Assembly (NCBI GenBank): GCA_018141785.1
Contig: CP073341.1
Location: 1,657,422 to 1,721,421, forward strand
From: Candidatus Paraprochloron terpiosi LD05
GTDB taxonomy: Bacteria; Cyanobacteriota; Cyanobacteriia; Cyanobacteriales; Prochloraceae
DNA length: 64,000 nt
Direction: 5' to 3'
In this document: positions 29,520 through 38,929 of the stretch, in pieces
How the letters are laid out: every line of letters begins with the position of its first letter
Position numbering within the stretch: the stretch's first letter is position 1
Made by a program: the position numbers and the translations under genes
Notes under the pieces: model-generated
What the model was told of the DNA's origin: nothing
Databases searched by the model: none
What the model saw: the letters and a program-made list of their open reading frames with translations, nothing else

Positions 29520-30608
29520 ATGAACAAGAACGTTATTTTTCTCATTTTACTCCTTTTTATCCCAGTTTCCATCATCGGTAACTTTCTGGAGTGGGGATCA
29601 GTGGTAGTATTCATTACTGCTGGTTTAGGTATTGTACCCCTAGCTGCCTTTATGGGAGAAGCCACGGAAGAAATCGCTGTGGTAGTGGGACCAAATTTAG
29701 GGGGGCTGTTAAATGCTACCTTTGGTAATGCTACGGAACTGATTTTGGCTTTTTTCGCTCTGAAAGCAGGGCTAATTGAGGTAGTTAAAGCTACTCTTAC
29801 AGGCTCGATTATCAGTAATATCCTGTTGGTAATGGGTTTTGCTATGGTTTTGGGGGGACTCCGTTATAAGGAGCAAGAATTTCAGACAGCAGTTGCTCAG
29901 ACTAACTCTTCCCTCATGAATTTAGCAGTAATTGCCTTGTTAGTACCCACCGCAGTGGAATATACTTCTACTGGTATTGGGGAAGAAACTATCCAAACAC
30001 TTTCCGTTGCTGTTGCGGTTGTGCTTATTTTAGTCTATGGATTGAGTCTTTTGTTCTCTATGAAAACCCACTCCTATCTCTATGAGGTGGGGGTAGCTGA
30101 CTTAGAACAGGAAGAGGAACAGGATACAGAACCTCCTAAGATTTGGTTTTGGGTTATAGTGCTCTTAGCTGTCACTATCGGGGTAGCAGTGGAATCGGAA
30201 TTGTTGGTAGACTCTTTAGAAGAAGCTACTTCTAGTTTGGGACTAACTGCATTGTTTACTGGGGTGATTTTGCTACCTATTATCGGCAATGCTGCTGAAC
30301 ATGCTACTGCTGTGACGGTAGCCATGAAGGATAAGATGGATCTGTCTGTTTCTGTAGCTATTGGTTCTAGTTTACAAATTGCCTTATTTGTTGCTCCTGT
30401 GTTAGTTATTACTGGGTGGGCGATGGGTCAACCTATGGATCTGAATTTCAACCCCTTTGAGTTAGTTGCAGTTGCAGTAGCAGTGTTAATTATCAATTCT
30501 ATCAGTGCGGACGGGAAATCTAACTGGTTGGAAGGAGGTTTGCTGTTAGCTACTTACACTGTCTTGGGTTTAGCGTTTTATTTCCATCCTGTGGTGGTAG
30601 GGTTATAG
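29520..30608 (+). CDS. Ca2+/H+ antiporter (CaCA/CAX family)
   Basis: About 11 TM segments. Duplicated alpha-repeat motifs GNATELI and GNAAEHATAV. Confidence 0.9.
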   Translation: MNKNVIFLILLLFIPVSIIGNFLEWGSVVVFITAGLGIVPLAAFMGEATEEIAVVVGPNLGGLLNATFGNATELILAFFALKAGLIEVVKATLTGSIISNILLVMGFAMVLGGLRYKEQEFQTAVAQTNSSLMNLAVIALLVPTAVEYTSTGIGEETIQTLSVAVAVVLILVYGLSLLFSMKTHSYLYEVGVADLEQEEEQDTEPPKIWFWVIVLLAVTIGVAVESELLVDSLEEATSSLGLTALFTGVILLPIIGNAAEHATAVTVAMKDKMDLSVSVAIGSSLQIALFVAPVLVITGWAMGQPMDLNFNPFELVAVAVAVLIINSISADGKSNWLEGGLLLATYTVLGLAFYFHPVVVGL

Positions 30609-30743
30609 GAATAAATTCTAGGGGGACAAATTTTCTAGTTGAGAATTTCATAATTTTCTCATTCCCCCTATAGTACATCAAAATACCATTCCCATAACCC
30701 TTTGCGCCTTTGCGTCTTGGCGCGAAACTCAAATATCGGTTCT

Positions 30744-31613
30744 TTAGGTATTTGTCTCCAACCACCGAATTAAATCTGCCACTTGGTCAAAATCCAACAC
30801 CGCTTCACCTAATGTTTCTAACCGCTCCAAGGGTAAGATTTCAACTTGAGACTGTTGGGCTGGGGAAAGGGAGCCAACACGATGGCGCAGCAGCCTTATA
30901 ATTAACCTCCGTTCTCCTTCCCAACGTCCTTCAACTCGTCCCTCTTGGAGTCCTTCAATTCGTCCTTCTTGTAAGCCTTCTTGTAGTCCTTCCTGATAAA
31001 CCCTGGTGTGCTTGACGCTTTCTGCTAATCCCAACATTGCTGCAATCTCCTTACGACTTAATTGGGGAAACTTGTATACCATTGTAGTCTCAATCAACTC
31101 CAAGATTTTTTCCTTGGGAATTTTTGTATCCTCGGTTTGGTTGACTTGCGCCCATAATGTTCTTGCGAGTTTAGGTACTTGCTTGTCAGGTTTGACAATT
31201 AATTCCATCAGCCCTAGGGTAGGGGAAAACTCACCTGTTGAAGACAGCAGTTCATTGAGATAAAAACGTTGAACCTGTTCAGAGTTTCGGGGAGTCAGGT
31301 TCCAAGGAGCGCCGAGGAAAAATAACAACTGCCTGCTAATCCGAGATATTGGGATGAAAGAGCTAAAAACATAAATAGTTCCCCAAACAAGCGATGATAG
31401 AGTAATTCATCTTTTTGGAATTGAACTTCTACAAAAAAACCGGTTCATCCACTGCGTCGGGAGGGGGTAGAAATACTCCATCAATCCTGAAAGCTGTTTG
31501 TTTGACTTCTATGGAACGAAAATGATACCTTGCTCGGTAGGGTTGTCCAATGAGTTCAAAGAAAATCTCCGGCACACTCTGGAAAATACGGTAGAAGAGG
31601 GAGGGCGACTCGT
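30744..31613 (-). pseudogene. Rpn/YhgA-like (DUF2887 + DUF4351-type) putative nuclease/transposase, frameshifted copy 1
   Basis: The C-terminal part is intact (EIAAMLGLAESVKHTRVYQEGLQEG...LSPAQQSQVEILPLERLETLGEAVLDF). The N-terminal homology (SLFYRIFQSVPEIFFELIGQPYRARYHFRSIEVKQTAFRIDGVFLPPPDAVDEP) is in another frame and is broken at a T7 run (TAG). Copy 1 also carries a ~24-nt deletion relative to copy 2. Confidence 0.65.
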
Positions 31614-32798
31614 TCTGAGCGAAAAAGTCGCGGCTTAATAGGCCAAAACTATAATCTCAGGCTAGGTGCACTACACCTTGACAACTAAATCAGGAATGTT
31701 GGTGAGGAGCTGGTCAGCAATCAGTCTTCCAAGTCCAACCGCTTAAGGGATAAGCGAATCTCTATCTGCCCACACGCGACTGTGAATTCAAGCAGGCTCG
31801 CCGGGTTAGCCTCCGGGGCGTGAAGCTGGGGACAGGGCGCAATCAGAGCCGAAAGGCGCACTGGCGCTAATGGGGAGAATCCATGGTTAACAGGTATCCT
31901 AGAAATAGGTACGCACTCACCGGAAAAAGCGTCTAATATACCGAAGCACAACCTCGTTGGGCTTTCGTATCGGCATACAAATCCCGCTCTGTCTTTTCCT
32001 CGACAAGAGCATCTCTGGGGGTCGATAGGCGAATTGGTGAGACCTAAAGGTTCAGTGCGGCTCGAAAGTCGCAGTAGTTAGTGGGTAAAACCCCATGGGA
32101 AGTGTCTTCCCCGGTTCCCGCCCGAAGAAGCTTTGGCAGTAATGCCGGAGTTTCACAGCTAGAGGGTTAAATGGCCAAGCTACTATCAGTCCGATGATGG
32201 TAGCGGCCTAGGGAAAGTCTGATATGGTGAGCATAAAGCAAAGCTTGCAACCTCGTCATAGGTAATGAGTGAAAGCGGTACTGTTACACTCTAACCAAAA
32301 CGGTATGCGGCATATGTGAAAGATGGACTGGAATCGTCATCGCGTAGACACCACGCCGCCGGGGGATGGAGCAGCCCGCCGTCAGACGTATCTAACTATT
32401 GTGGAACGAGTTAACCTCCACAGGGTCTGAGAAATCAGTAGGGAAGCTGTAAAGCGAACCAACTCCCTGGGGAGAAAGGACTCTCCTAAAAAGCGAACGC
32501 TGCCAGGACGAAAGTTCAGGGGAATCAATAACCCGGCAGATAGGCAAATGTCTACTCGAAAGGGGAGCTGACGTAGGAGAGGGTGAAACGTAACGGTAAA
32601 ATCCCTTATCACTTGCGATTTTGCCTTTCCATTAGCTGGAACTTGAAACTCAAAGCTCCTCAGAAGTTAGAGGCGTCGGGCAAACGTCAATGGCGAGGAG
32701 GTTGGAATTTAAGGACTCAAAGCCCAATCTGAATGAGACCTGAAAGCCGACACAAGTAATGAGGAGTAAACGCGCCAGCGAGTAGGATGATACACCAG

Positions 32799-32832
32799 GA
32801 GCCGGGTGCTTAGAAACTTGCACGCCCGGTAC
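32799..32832 (+). ncRNA. Degenerate group II intron domain V-like hairpin
   Basis: GAGCCGGGUGCUUAGAAACUUGCACGCCCGGUAC has the same 34-nt architecture as 33317-33350 (AGC triad, AC bulge, GAAA loop). It differs by an A-A mismatch in the lower helix and a weak upper helix. Confidence 0.5.
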
Positions 32833-33316
32833 TGTGAGGGGGAAAACCTGTAAGGTCTCACCTATCTCGACAAACAATTTCTGATTTTGGAACGAGGAAA
32901 AACGGATGGTTCTTTCTCCTAGGGGTGGTACCCGGAGTGGGAAGGCAGGCATACTTCTATCGAGGCCATTCGGATAGGACGCGGGAACGAAAGCCACGAT
33001 GCTAAACAATTGCCCGCAATGTGTTGGAGCTAATTACCAACCAGTTAGGAGACGCCCACAGGCTGAAAATATGCCACATATACGCCATATAGCAGAAGGG
33101 ATAACTCTAGTTCCGAATTTTAGGTCGGGGTAAGATGACGCCGAGTAGGAATATAATCCGAATTTTAGGCTCCCGTTAAATCCGAGTAGGAACCAGCAAA
33201 ACTGAGACTGGACAGTATTTAAGGCGAAGATTGCCACAATCTGACTTCCATAACTAGATAGAGGCAATCAATGGATTTTCTATCTTTTGCGGTAGGTTTC
33301 AATCCACAGGTCATAG

Positions 33317-33350
33317 GAGCCGTGTGAGGCGAAAGTTTCACGCACGGTTC
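33317..33350 (+). ncRNA. Canonical group II intron domain V
   Basis: GAGCCGUGUGAGGC-GAAA-GUUUCACGCACGGUUC forms a 9-bp lower helix with the AGC catalytic triad, a 2-nt AC bulge, a 5-bp upper helix and a GAAA tetraloop. Confidence 0.85.
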
Positions 33351-33461
33351 TGAAAGGGAGCTGGGGTGGGTGACCACTCCTTCGACCCGAACATCTACTT
33401 TTCATGAATCATTACTCTGTCAGCTAAATAATTTCAGTTCAATAAAATTGTGATTAACTAT

Positions 33462-33596
33462 TTAACTGAACCGATGATAACCTAGTACTTCTACATAACT
33501 CAAGGCTGAGACGGCTGGCGTACATTGGGCTATGAAACGTCTCAGCTCAGAATTTTCTGGTCTAGCTGCATAAATGATAATATTGCTATCCAGGAG
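33462..33596 (-). pseudogene. VapC (PIN-domain) toxin remnant, N-terminal ~45 aa only
   Basis: MLLDSNIIIYAARPENSELRRFIAQCTPAVSALSYVEVLGYH then stop. PIN proteins are ~130 aa. Upstream (33650-33790) an antitoxin-like frame (VDYAVLKGNHLEWTDDVPLSDRP) carries a TAA at codon 3. Confidence 0.5.
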
Positions 33597-33905
33597 CATT
33601 CTTAGTTTCTCTGGGGAAGGGAACGGTCTTGGCGCAACTTTCGCTGCCATGTCATGGGATCTACGTCAGAGTAGGCTTTACTTTGAGTTAATTGCTCAAG
33701 AGCCGAACCGCCCTAGGGCGATCGCTGAGAGGAACATCATCAGTCCACTCTAGGTGGTTTCCCTTCAATACAGCGTAGTCAACATTTTCTTAAATCATTG
33801 TATTTCCCTTCTTATTATATAACAAACTTATTCCTTTGCGCCTTTGCGTCTTTGCGCGAGACATAGAATTTTTGGTTTCACGCTCCGGCGCTCCGGCGCG
33901 GAGAG

Positions 33906-34529
33906 TTAGAGGAGATAAACGAGAACGAAGAGAATAACCCAGACTACGTCCACAAAGTGCCAGTAAAGTTCGGCTGCTTCTACTCCAAAATGACTGTTTT
34001 CGGAATAGTGTTCTGGTTGGCGGGATCGCCACAAAACGGCTAAAATGAGCAACAGCCCTAGGGTAACATGTAAACCGTGAAATCCAGTGAGAACGTAGAA
34101 GCAACTGGTAAAGACATTCAGGGTTAAACCAAATTCGGCGTGGCTATATTCATATAGCTGTCCCAGGAGAAAAATTGCTCCCATAGCCGCAGTAATAGCA
34201 AACCAAAGCTGCAACCCAGGAACATCATTTTTCTGAATGGCACTTTGACCTTTGTGCATGACGAAGCTGCTCGAAATCAGGATAATACTATTGATTCCCG
34301 GTATCAAAAGTTCCAACTCGGGGGTTCCTTCTGGAGGCCAAACTGGCATCATGCTCCGATAGATTAAGAAGGCACCAAAGAGACCGAGGAAAATCATGCT
34401 TTCGGCCACGAGAAAGACGATGACACCTAACATGCGATGGTCAGGATGTTCCCCGTGAGTACCTTCATTTTTCAGCTCTTTGTGATAGTTGAGGGCTAGT
34501 TTTGGATCTTCTACAGTTGAACTTTGCAT
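33906..34529 (-). CDS. ctaE: Cytochrome c oxidase subunit III
   Basis: 207 aa with 5 TM segments. FYVLTGFHGLHVTLG and WHFVDVVWVILF. Confidence 0.93.
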   Translation of the reverse strand: MQSSTVEDPKLALNYHKELKNEGTHGEHPDHRMLGVIVFLVAESMIFLGLFGAFLIYRSMMPVWPPEGTPELELLIPGINSIILISSSFVMHKGQSAIQKNDVPGLQLWFAITAAMGAIFLLGQLYEYSHAEFGLTLNVFTSCFYVLTGFHGLHVTLGLLLILAVLWRSRQPEHYSENSHFGVEAAELYWHFVDVVWVILFVLVYLL

Positions 34530-34586
34530 CTTGTTGTTGGTGGTTGTTATAGAAACCGCAGATGAACACAGATGAACGCAGATAAA

Positions 34587-36269
34587 TTAAGATTGGGCGC
34601 TCACTTCTGTTAACATGTCTTCTACGTCTTCTTCATCCTCATTTTCACTGTCAATGCCGTATTCGTAGGGGCCAGCCCACAAAACTGGTTCTGACTCAAA
34701 GTTTTCTATGGCGGGAGGTGAAGTGGTTTGCCACTCTAAGGTTAGGGCACGCCAGGGATTCCGACCTGCTTTTTTTCCTTTTATTAAACTCCACAAAACG
34801 TTAATTACTAAGGGCAGAGTAGAAACAGCTAAGATATAAGAACCGATAGTACAAACTTGGTTCAAGGATTGAAATTGGGGGTCATAAAGGGCAATGCGAC
34901 GATTCATCCCTAATAAACCCAATTGGTGCATGGGCAAAAAGGTCATGTTGAAGCCAATAAAGGTGAGGGCAAAGTGAATTCTCCCCCAAGTTTCATTGAG
35001 CATTCGTCCTGTCATTTTGCCAAACCAATGATACAGTCCCGCAAAGAGAGCAAAAACAGAACCTCCGAAGAGAACGTAGTGGAAATGAGCTACAATGAAG
35101 TAGGTGTCGTGAACATGAATGTCAAAGGGTACGGCTGCTACCATTACTCCACTCAATCCCCCAATTAAGAAGGAGGAAATAAAGCCGATCCCAAAGAGCA
35201 TAGCGCTGTTGAGTTCGATTTTACCACCCCAAATGGTGGCACACCAACTAAATATTTTAATCCCTGTGGGTACTGCAATAAGCATGGTGGTGGCCATGAA
35301 AAACATCCGCAACCAACCGGGAGTACCACTCGTAAACATGTGGTGTGCCCAAACAATTAGTCCCAAAAAGGCGATCGCCAAACTGGAATAGGCGATGGCC
35401 CGATAGCCAAAAATGGGCTTGCGGGCATGGACTGGTATTACTTCGGAAATGACCCCAAAAAAGGGCATCACCATAATGTATACCGCTGGGTGGGAGTAGA
35501 ACCAGAACATATGCTGGTAAATAATGGGATCTCCTCCCCCTACCGGATTAAAAAAGCTAGTTCCGGCGATTAAGTCAAAGGAAAGGAGAATTAAAGCTGC
35601 TGCTAAAACAGGGGTACCGATTAACACCAGAGCGGAAGTAGCCAACATGGACCAGCAAAACAGGGGCATACTGTTGAGATCCATCTCTGGAATGCGCATT
35701 GTTAGGATGGTAATGCCAAAATTGAGGGCACCCAAAATGGAAGATGTGCCTAAAATTAACAGGCTCATAATCCAAATTTCCTCTCCCCATTTCCCCGACA
35801 TTAAGCTTAAAGGGGGGTAAGAAGTCCAACCTGCTTGAGGAGCGCCCACAAAAAAGCTACTTATTAACAGCACACCCCCTACAGGAATCATCCAAAATGC
35901 CACCGCATTTAACCGGGGAAATGCCATATCCTCTGCACCGATCATCAGGGGAATGAGATAGTTAGCAAAGGCAGCACCCGCTGGAATAATCCACAGGAAC
36001 AGCATTATGGTGCCGTGCATGGTAAACATTTGATTGTACATTTCCGGTTGCACCAAGTCCGGATCGGGAGTGGCTAATTCTGTGCGCACTATTTCCGCTA
36101 AGAAACCCCCGATGAAGTAGAAGAAAAATGAGGTGACTAGGTATTGAATGCCGATTACTTTGTGATCGGTGCTGAAGGTAAAATAATCCTGCCATTTCCT
36201 TTGCTTGTGGGAGGAACCGTGTCCGTTTTGACTGACAGGATTTTCTTTCGTTTCTGTTGCTGTGGACAT
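34587..36269 (-). CDS. ctaD: Cytochrome c oxidase subunit I
   Basis: 560 aa. WFYSHPAVYIMVMP, HHMFTSG and FHDTYFIVAHFHYVLFGG (heme/CuB ligand regions). Confidence 0.97.
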   Translation of the reverse strand: MSTATETKENPVSQNGHGSSHKQRKWQDYFTFSTDHKVIGIQYLVTSFFFYFIGGFLAEIVRTELATPDPDLVQPEMYNQMFTMHGTIMLFLWIIPAGAAFANYLIPLMIGAEDMAFPRLNAVAFWMIPVGGVLLISSFFVGAPQAGWTSYPPLSLMSGKWGEEIWIMSLLILGTSSILGALNFGITILTMRIPEMDLNSMPLFCWSMLATSALVLIGTPVLAAALILLSFDLIAGTSFFNPVGGGDPIIYQHMFWFYSHPAVYIMVMPFFGVISEVIPVHARKPIFGYRAIAYSSLAIAFLGLIVWAHHMFTSGTPGWLRMFFMATTMLIAVPTGIKIFSWCATIWGGKIELNSAMLFGIGFISSFLIGGLSGVMVAAVPFDIHVHDTYFIVAHFHYVLFGGSVFALFAGLYHWFGKMTGRMLNETWGRIHFALTFIGFNMTFLPMHQLGLLGMNRRIALYDPQFQSLNQVCTIGSYILAVSTLPLVINVLWSLIKGKKAGRNPWRALTLEWQTTSPPAIENFESEPVLWAGPYEYGIDSENEDEEDVEDMLTEVSAQS

Positions 36270-36444
36270 AGGTTATGATTGCTGGTTAGTTTAGGTTTGG
36301 TTTAGTTATTGAGTTAACGGTTTCGTTCCTAACTCGCCCGCGAATAAATTGCTGGCTCACAGATCAAGTCCACCCTTCGGAGGACTGTTATCGTGTTTCT
36401 TATCTTTTTTTGGTGACGGACAACATCAGATGTGAGGATTATTG

Positions 36445-37323
36445 TCATGGTACGTGATAATTGGCAACTGCTTCATCTAAGAATGATTCTTGGGCAAAAG
36501 TATTGTTTTGTACCCACTGATTGTACTCTGCCTCCGTCTCTATAAACAAGGTGGTTTTCATAGCGCCATGGTATGCACCGCATAACTCAGCGCAAATGAT
36601 AGGATACTCTCCCACTCGGTCAGGAACAAAGGTCAACTGAGCCTCTCGCCCGGGAACTGCATCTTGTTTCAAACGCAGTTGAGGCACCCAGAAAGCGTGA
36701 ATTACGTCCGCTGCTGAGATATTTAGGGTCACTTGGCGATTCACGGGAACGTGGAGTTCTCCAGAGACAACACCAGTGTCGGGATAGGTAAAAAGCCAAG
36801 CGTACTGAAGTCCATTCACGTCCACAACTAAACTTTCTTCATCTTTATTTCCAGGGGAAGCACCCAATCCGAGAGCCATTTCTTGCCCTTCTAGGTCTAA
36901 AGCCACCAGGTTGTCATTATGATGGTGATGAGCCATTTGGGTTCCCATATCGTGGGAAGCCATGGGATCCAGACCCCCCATTTTGTTATAGACCTCAAAA
37001 CTGTAGATGGCTAGGATAAAGACAATAACAGCAGGAATCGCAGTCCAAACAATTTCCAGAGGAATATTGCCTTCAATGGGGGGACCGTCCGTTAGATCCC
37101 CTTTACGTCTGCGAAATTTAAAGATGGAGATGATGAGCACCCCTTCAATGAGTAAAAAGAGACCCGTGGCTATGGTCATCATGAAATTGAAGAGTTCGTC
37201 AACCGTCCTCGCCTCTGCTGAAGCTGCTATGGGCATCAGACCGTGATTTTGTCCGTACCACAGGCAAATCAGGGTTAGGGCGATTCCGGCTATGAGAGTG
37301 AGAATGTTACTTGGAATCTTCAC
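36445..37323 (-). CDS. ctaC: Cytochrome c oxidase subunit II
   Basis: Two N-terminal TM segments. CuA site DVIHAFWVP ... CAELCGAYHGAM. GTG start. Confidence 0.93.
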   Translation of the reverse strand: MKIPSNILTLIAGIALTLICLWYGQNHGLMPIAASAEARTVDELFNFMMTIATGLFLLIEGVLIISIFKFRRRKGDLTDGPPIEGNIPLEIVWTAIPAVIVFILAIYSFEVYNKMGGLDPMASHDMGTQMAHHHHNDNLVALDLEGQEMALGLGASPGNKDEESLVVDVNGLQYAWLFTYPDTGVVSGELHVPVNRQVTLNISAADVIHAFWVPQLRLKQDAVPGREAQLTFVPDRVGEYPIICAELCGAYHGAMKTTLFIETEAEYNQWVQNNTFAQESFLDEAVANYHVP

Positions 37324-37442
37324 GATTATAGCTTCCCTTAATTGCCTATGTATATAAGGATAACGAAAAATAATTGATTGGACCTGTCTCTGTGAATCTT
37401 TTGTTTTTTTTCGGGATCACCTTAACAGTGACCAGTTATCAG

Positions 37443-37685
37443 TTACCAGCTCCTGAGGGGTGAGGGGAATAGTTGATACAGAATATATTCTAGCAATATC
37501 TGTAAATAGGCTCGCGCCCCCAAATTAAAGACTTGATCACTTCTACATCCCTTGCAGGTAGATAGTTTCCCAAATCCATATAGTTTGACCGCTGCTGCTG
37601 GGTGCATTTCCCCACCAAGTTGTTCGGGAGTAACCTTGAGCGCTAAAGCTGTCTCTTCCGGTAAAGATAAAGTCACATGTATCAT
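37443..37685 (-). CDS. Possible UPF0175-like small protein (weak)
   Basis: The N-terminus MIHVTLSLPEETALALKVTPEQLGGEMHPAAAVKLYGFGKLS resembles UPF0175 antitoxin-like proteins. The C-terminal half does not, and the ORF ends in an STRR-like heptamer repeat. Confidence 0.25.
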   Translation of the reverse strand: MIHVTLSLPEETALALKVTPEQLGGEMHPAAAVKLYGFGKLSTCKGCRSDQVFNLGARAYLQILLEYILYQLFPSPLRSW

Positions 37686-37795
37686 GAATCATTCCTATGT
37701 TCCATTTAAATAAAATTTTTTCCCAAACCACCAAAATGCTCGCCCCTAAACCCTTTGCGCCTACTCGGTGGGCGCGAAACTCAAATATCGGTTCT

Positions 37796-38690
37796 TTAGG
37801 TATTTGTCTCCAACCACCGCATTAAATCTGCCACCTGGTCAAAATCCAACAGCGCTTCACCTAATGCTTCTAACCGCTCCAAGGGTAAGGCTTCAACTTG
37901 AGACTGTTGGGCTGGGGAAAGGGAGCCAACACGATGGCGCAGCAGCCTTATAATTAACCTCTGCTCTCCTTCCCAACGCCCCTCAACTCGTCCCTCTTGA
38001 AGTCCTTCAATTCGTCCCTCTTGAAGTCCTTCTTGTAGACCTTCCTGATAGACTCTGGTGTGCTTCACACTTTCTGCTAATCCTAACATTGCTGCAATCT
38101 CCTTACGACTTAATTGGGGAAATTTATAAACCATTGTAGTCTCAATCAACTCCAAGATTTTTTCCTTGGCAATTTTTGTATCCTCGGTTTGGTTGACTTG
38201 TTGCCATAATGTTCTTGCTAGTTTAGGTACTTGCTTCTCTGGTTTGACAATTAATTCCATCAGCCCTATGGTAGGGGAAAACTTACCTGTCTCAGACAGC
38301 AGTTCATTGAGATAAAAACGTTGAACCTGCTCACTCGACAATAATGCTTCATAGAGTTTTCTCTTGTCAGGTGACCGGGTGCGTCGAGGAAAGATAACAA
38401 CTGCCTGCCAATCTGAAATATGGGGATGAAAGAGCCAAAAACATGAATAGCTCCCCAAACAAGCGATGATAGAGTAATTCATCTTTTTGGAATTGGACTT
38501 CTACAAAAAAAACCGGTTCATCCACTGCGTCGGGAGGGGGTAGAAATACTCCATCAATCCTGAAAGCTGTTTGTTTGACTTCTATAGAGCGAAAATGATA
38601 CCCTGCTTGGTACGGTTGTCCAATGAGTTCAAAGAAAATTTCCGGTCCACTCTGGAAAATGCGGTAAAATAGGGAATCTGTTTTCAGAAT
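37796..38690 (-). pseudogene. Rpn/YhgA-like (DUF2887 + DUF4351-type) gene, copy 2, at least one frameshift and no ATG
   Basis: N-terminal frame: TDSLFYRIFQSGPEIFFELIGQPYQAGYHFRSIEVKQTAFRIDGVFLPPPDAVDEPVFFVEVQFQKDELLYHRLFGELFMFL. C-terminal frame: SDWQAVVIFPRR...DUF4351-like tail. The frame switch is near 38425-38440. Confidence 0.65.
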
Positions 38691-38929
38691 TTAATCGACT
38701 TACCGCCATTAATAGTATAACCCAAAAGATATTGAATTAGCGAAGTATTACCAATGACATTAAGTACGCAATTACCCAAACTAATTGATTGGATCCCCAG
38801 GGGAGGGGATCAAGCGATACCAGGGAGCTGCCACATCCTAATCTAAATCTGAAGAATAGCTAAAGTAATCCAGGAATTCCCATATAGAGTAATTATGCTC
38901 TAAGATAGCTTAACCCTTTCCTTTGTTTC

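Larger units (their letters stand above)
31666..33398 (+). ncRNA. Group II intron-like structured RNA region without an intron-encoded protein (possibly two nested or tandem elements)
   Basis: The supplied track lists no plus-strand ORF here. The region has many GNRA-capped hairpins. Other marks are GUGCA at 31666, GUGCG at 32055-32059, two domain-V elements (listed below) and a 45-nt tandem duplication at 33112-33191. The boundaries are approximate. Confidence 0.6.

Noticed and set aside
30710-30901. 63-aa plus-strand ORF (and its twin at 37768-37953) starting in the TTTGCGC repeat
   Set aside because: Both are antisense to the well-conserved DUF4351-like C-terminus of the Rpn-like gene. 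They are conserved only because the repeat is duplicated.
33790-34104. 104-aa minus-strand ORF overlapping the ctaE 3' end
   Set aside because: It is out of frame with ctaE and runs through the TTTGCGC/CGCTCCGGCGC repeat module. It is Arg/Ser-rich, low-complexity sequence.
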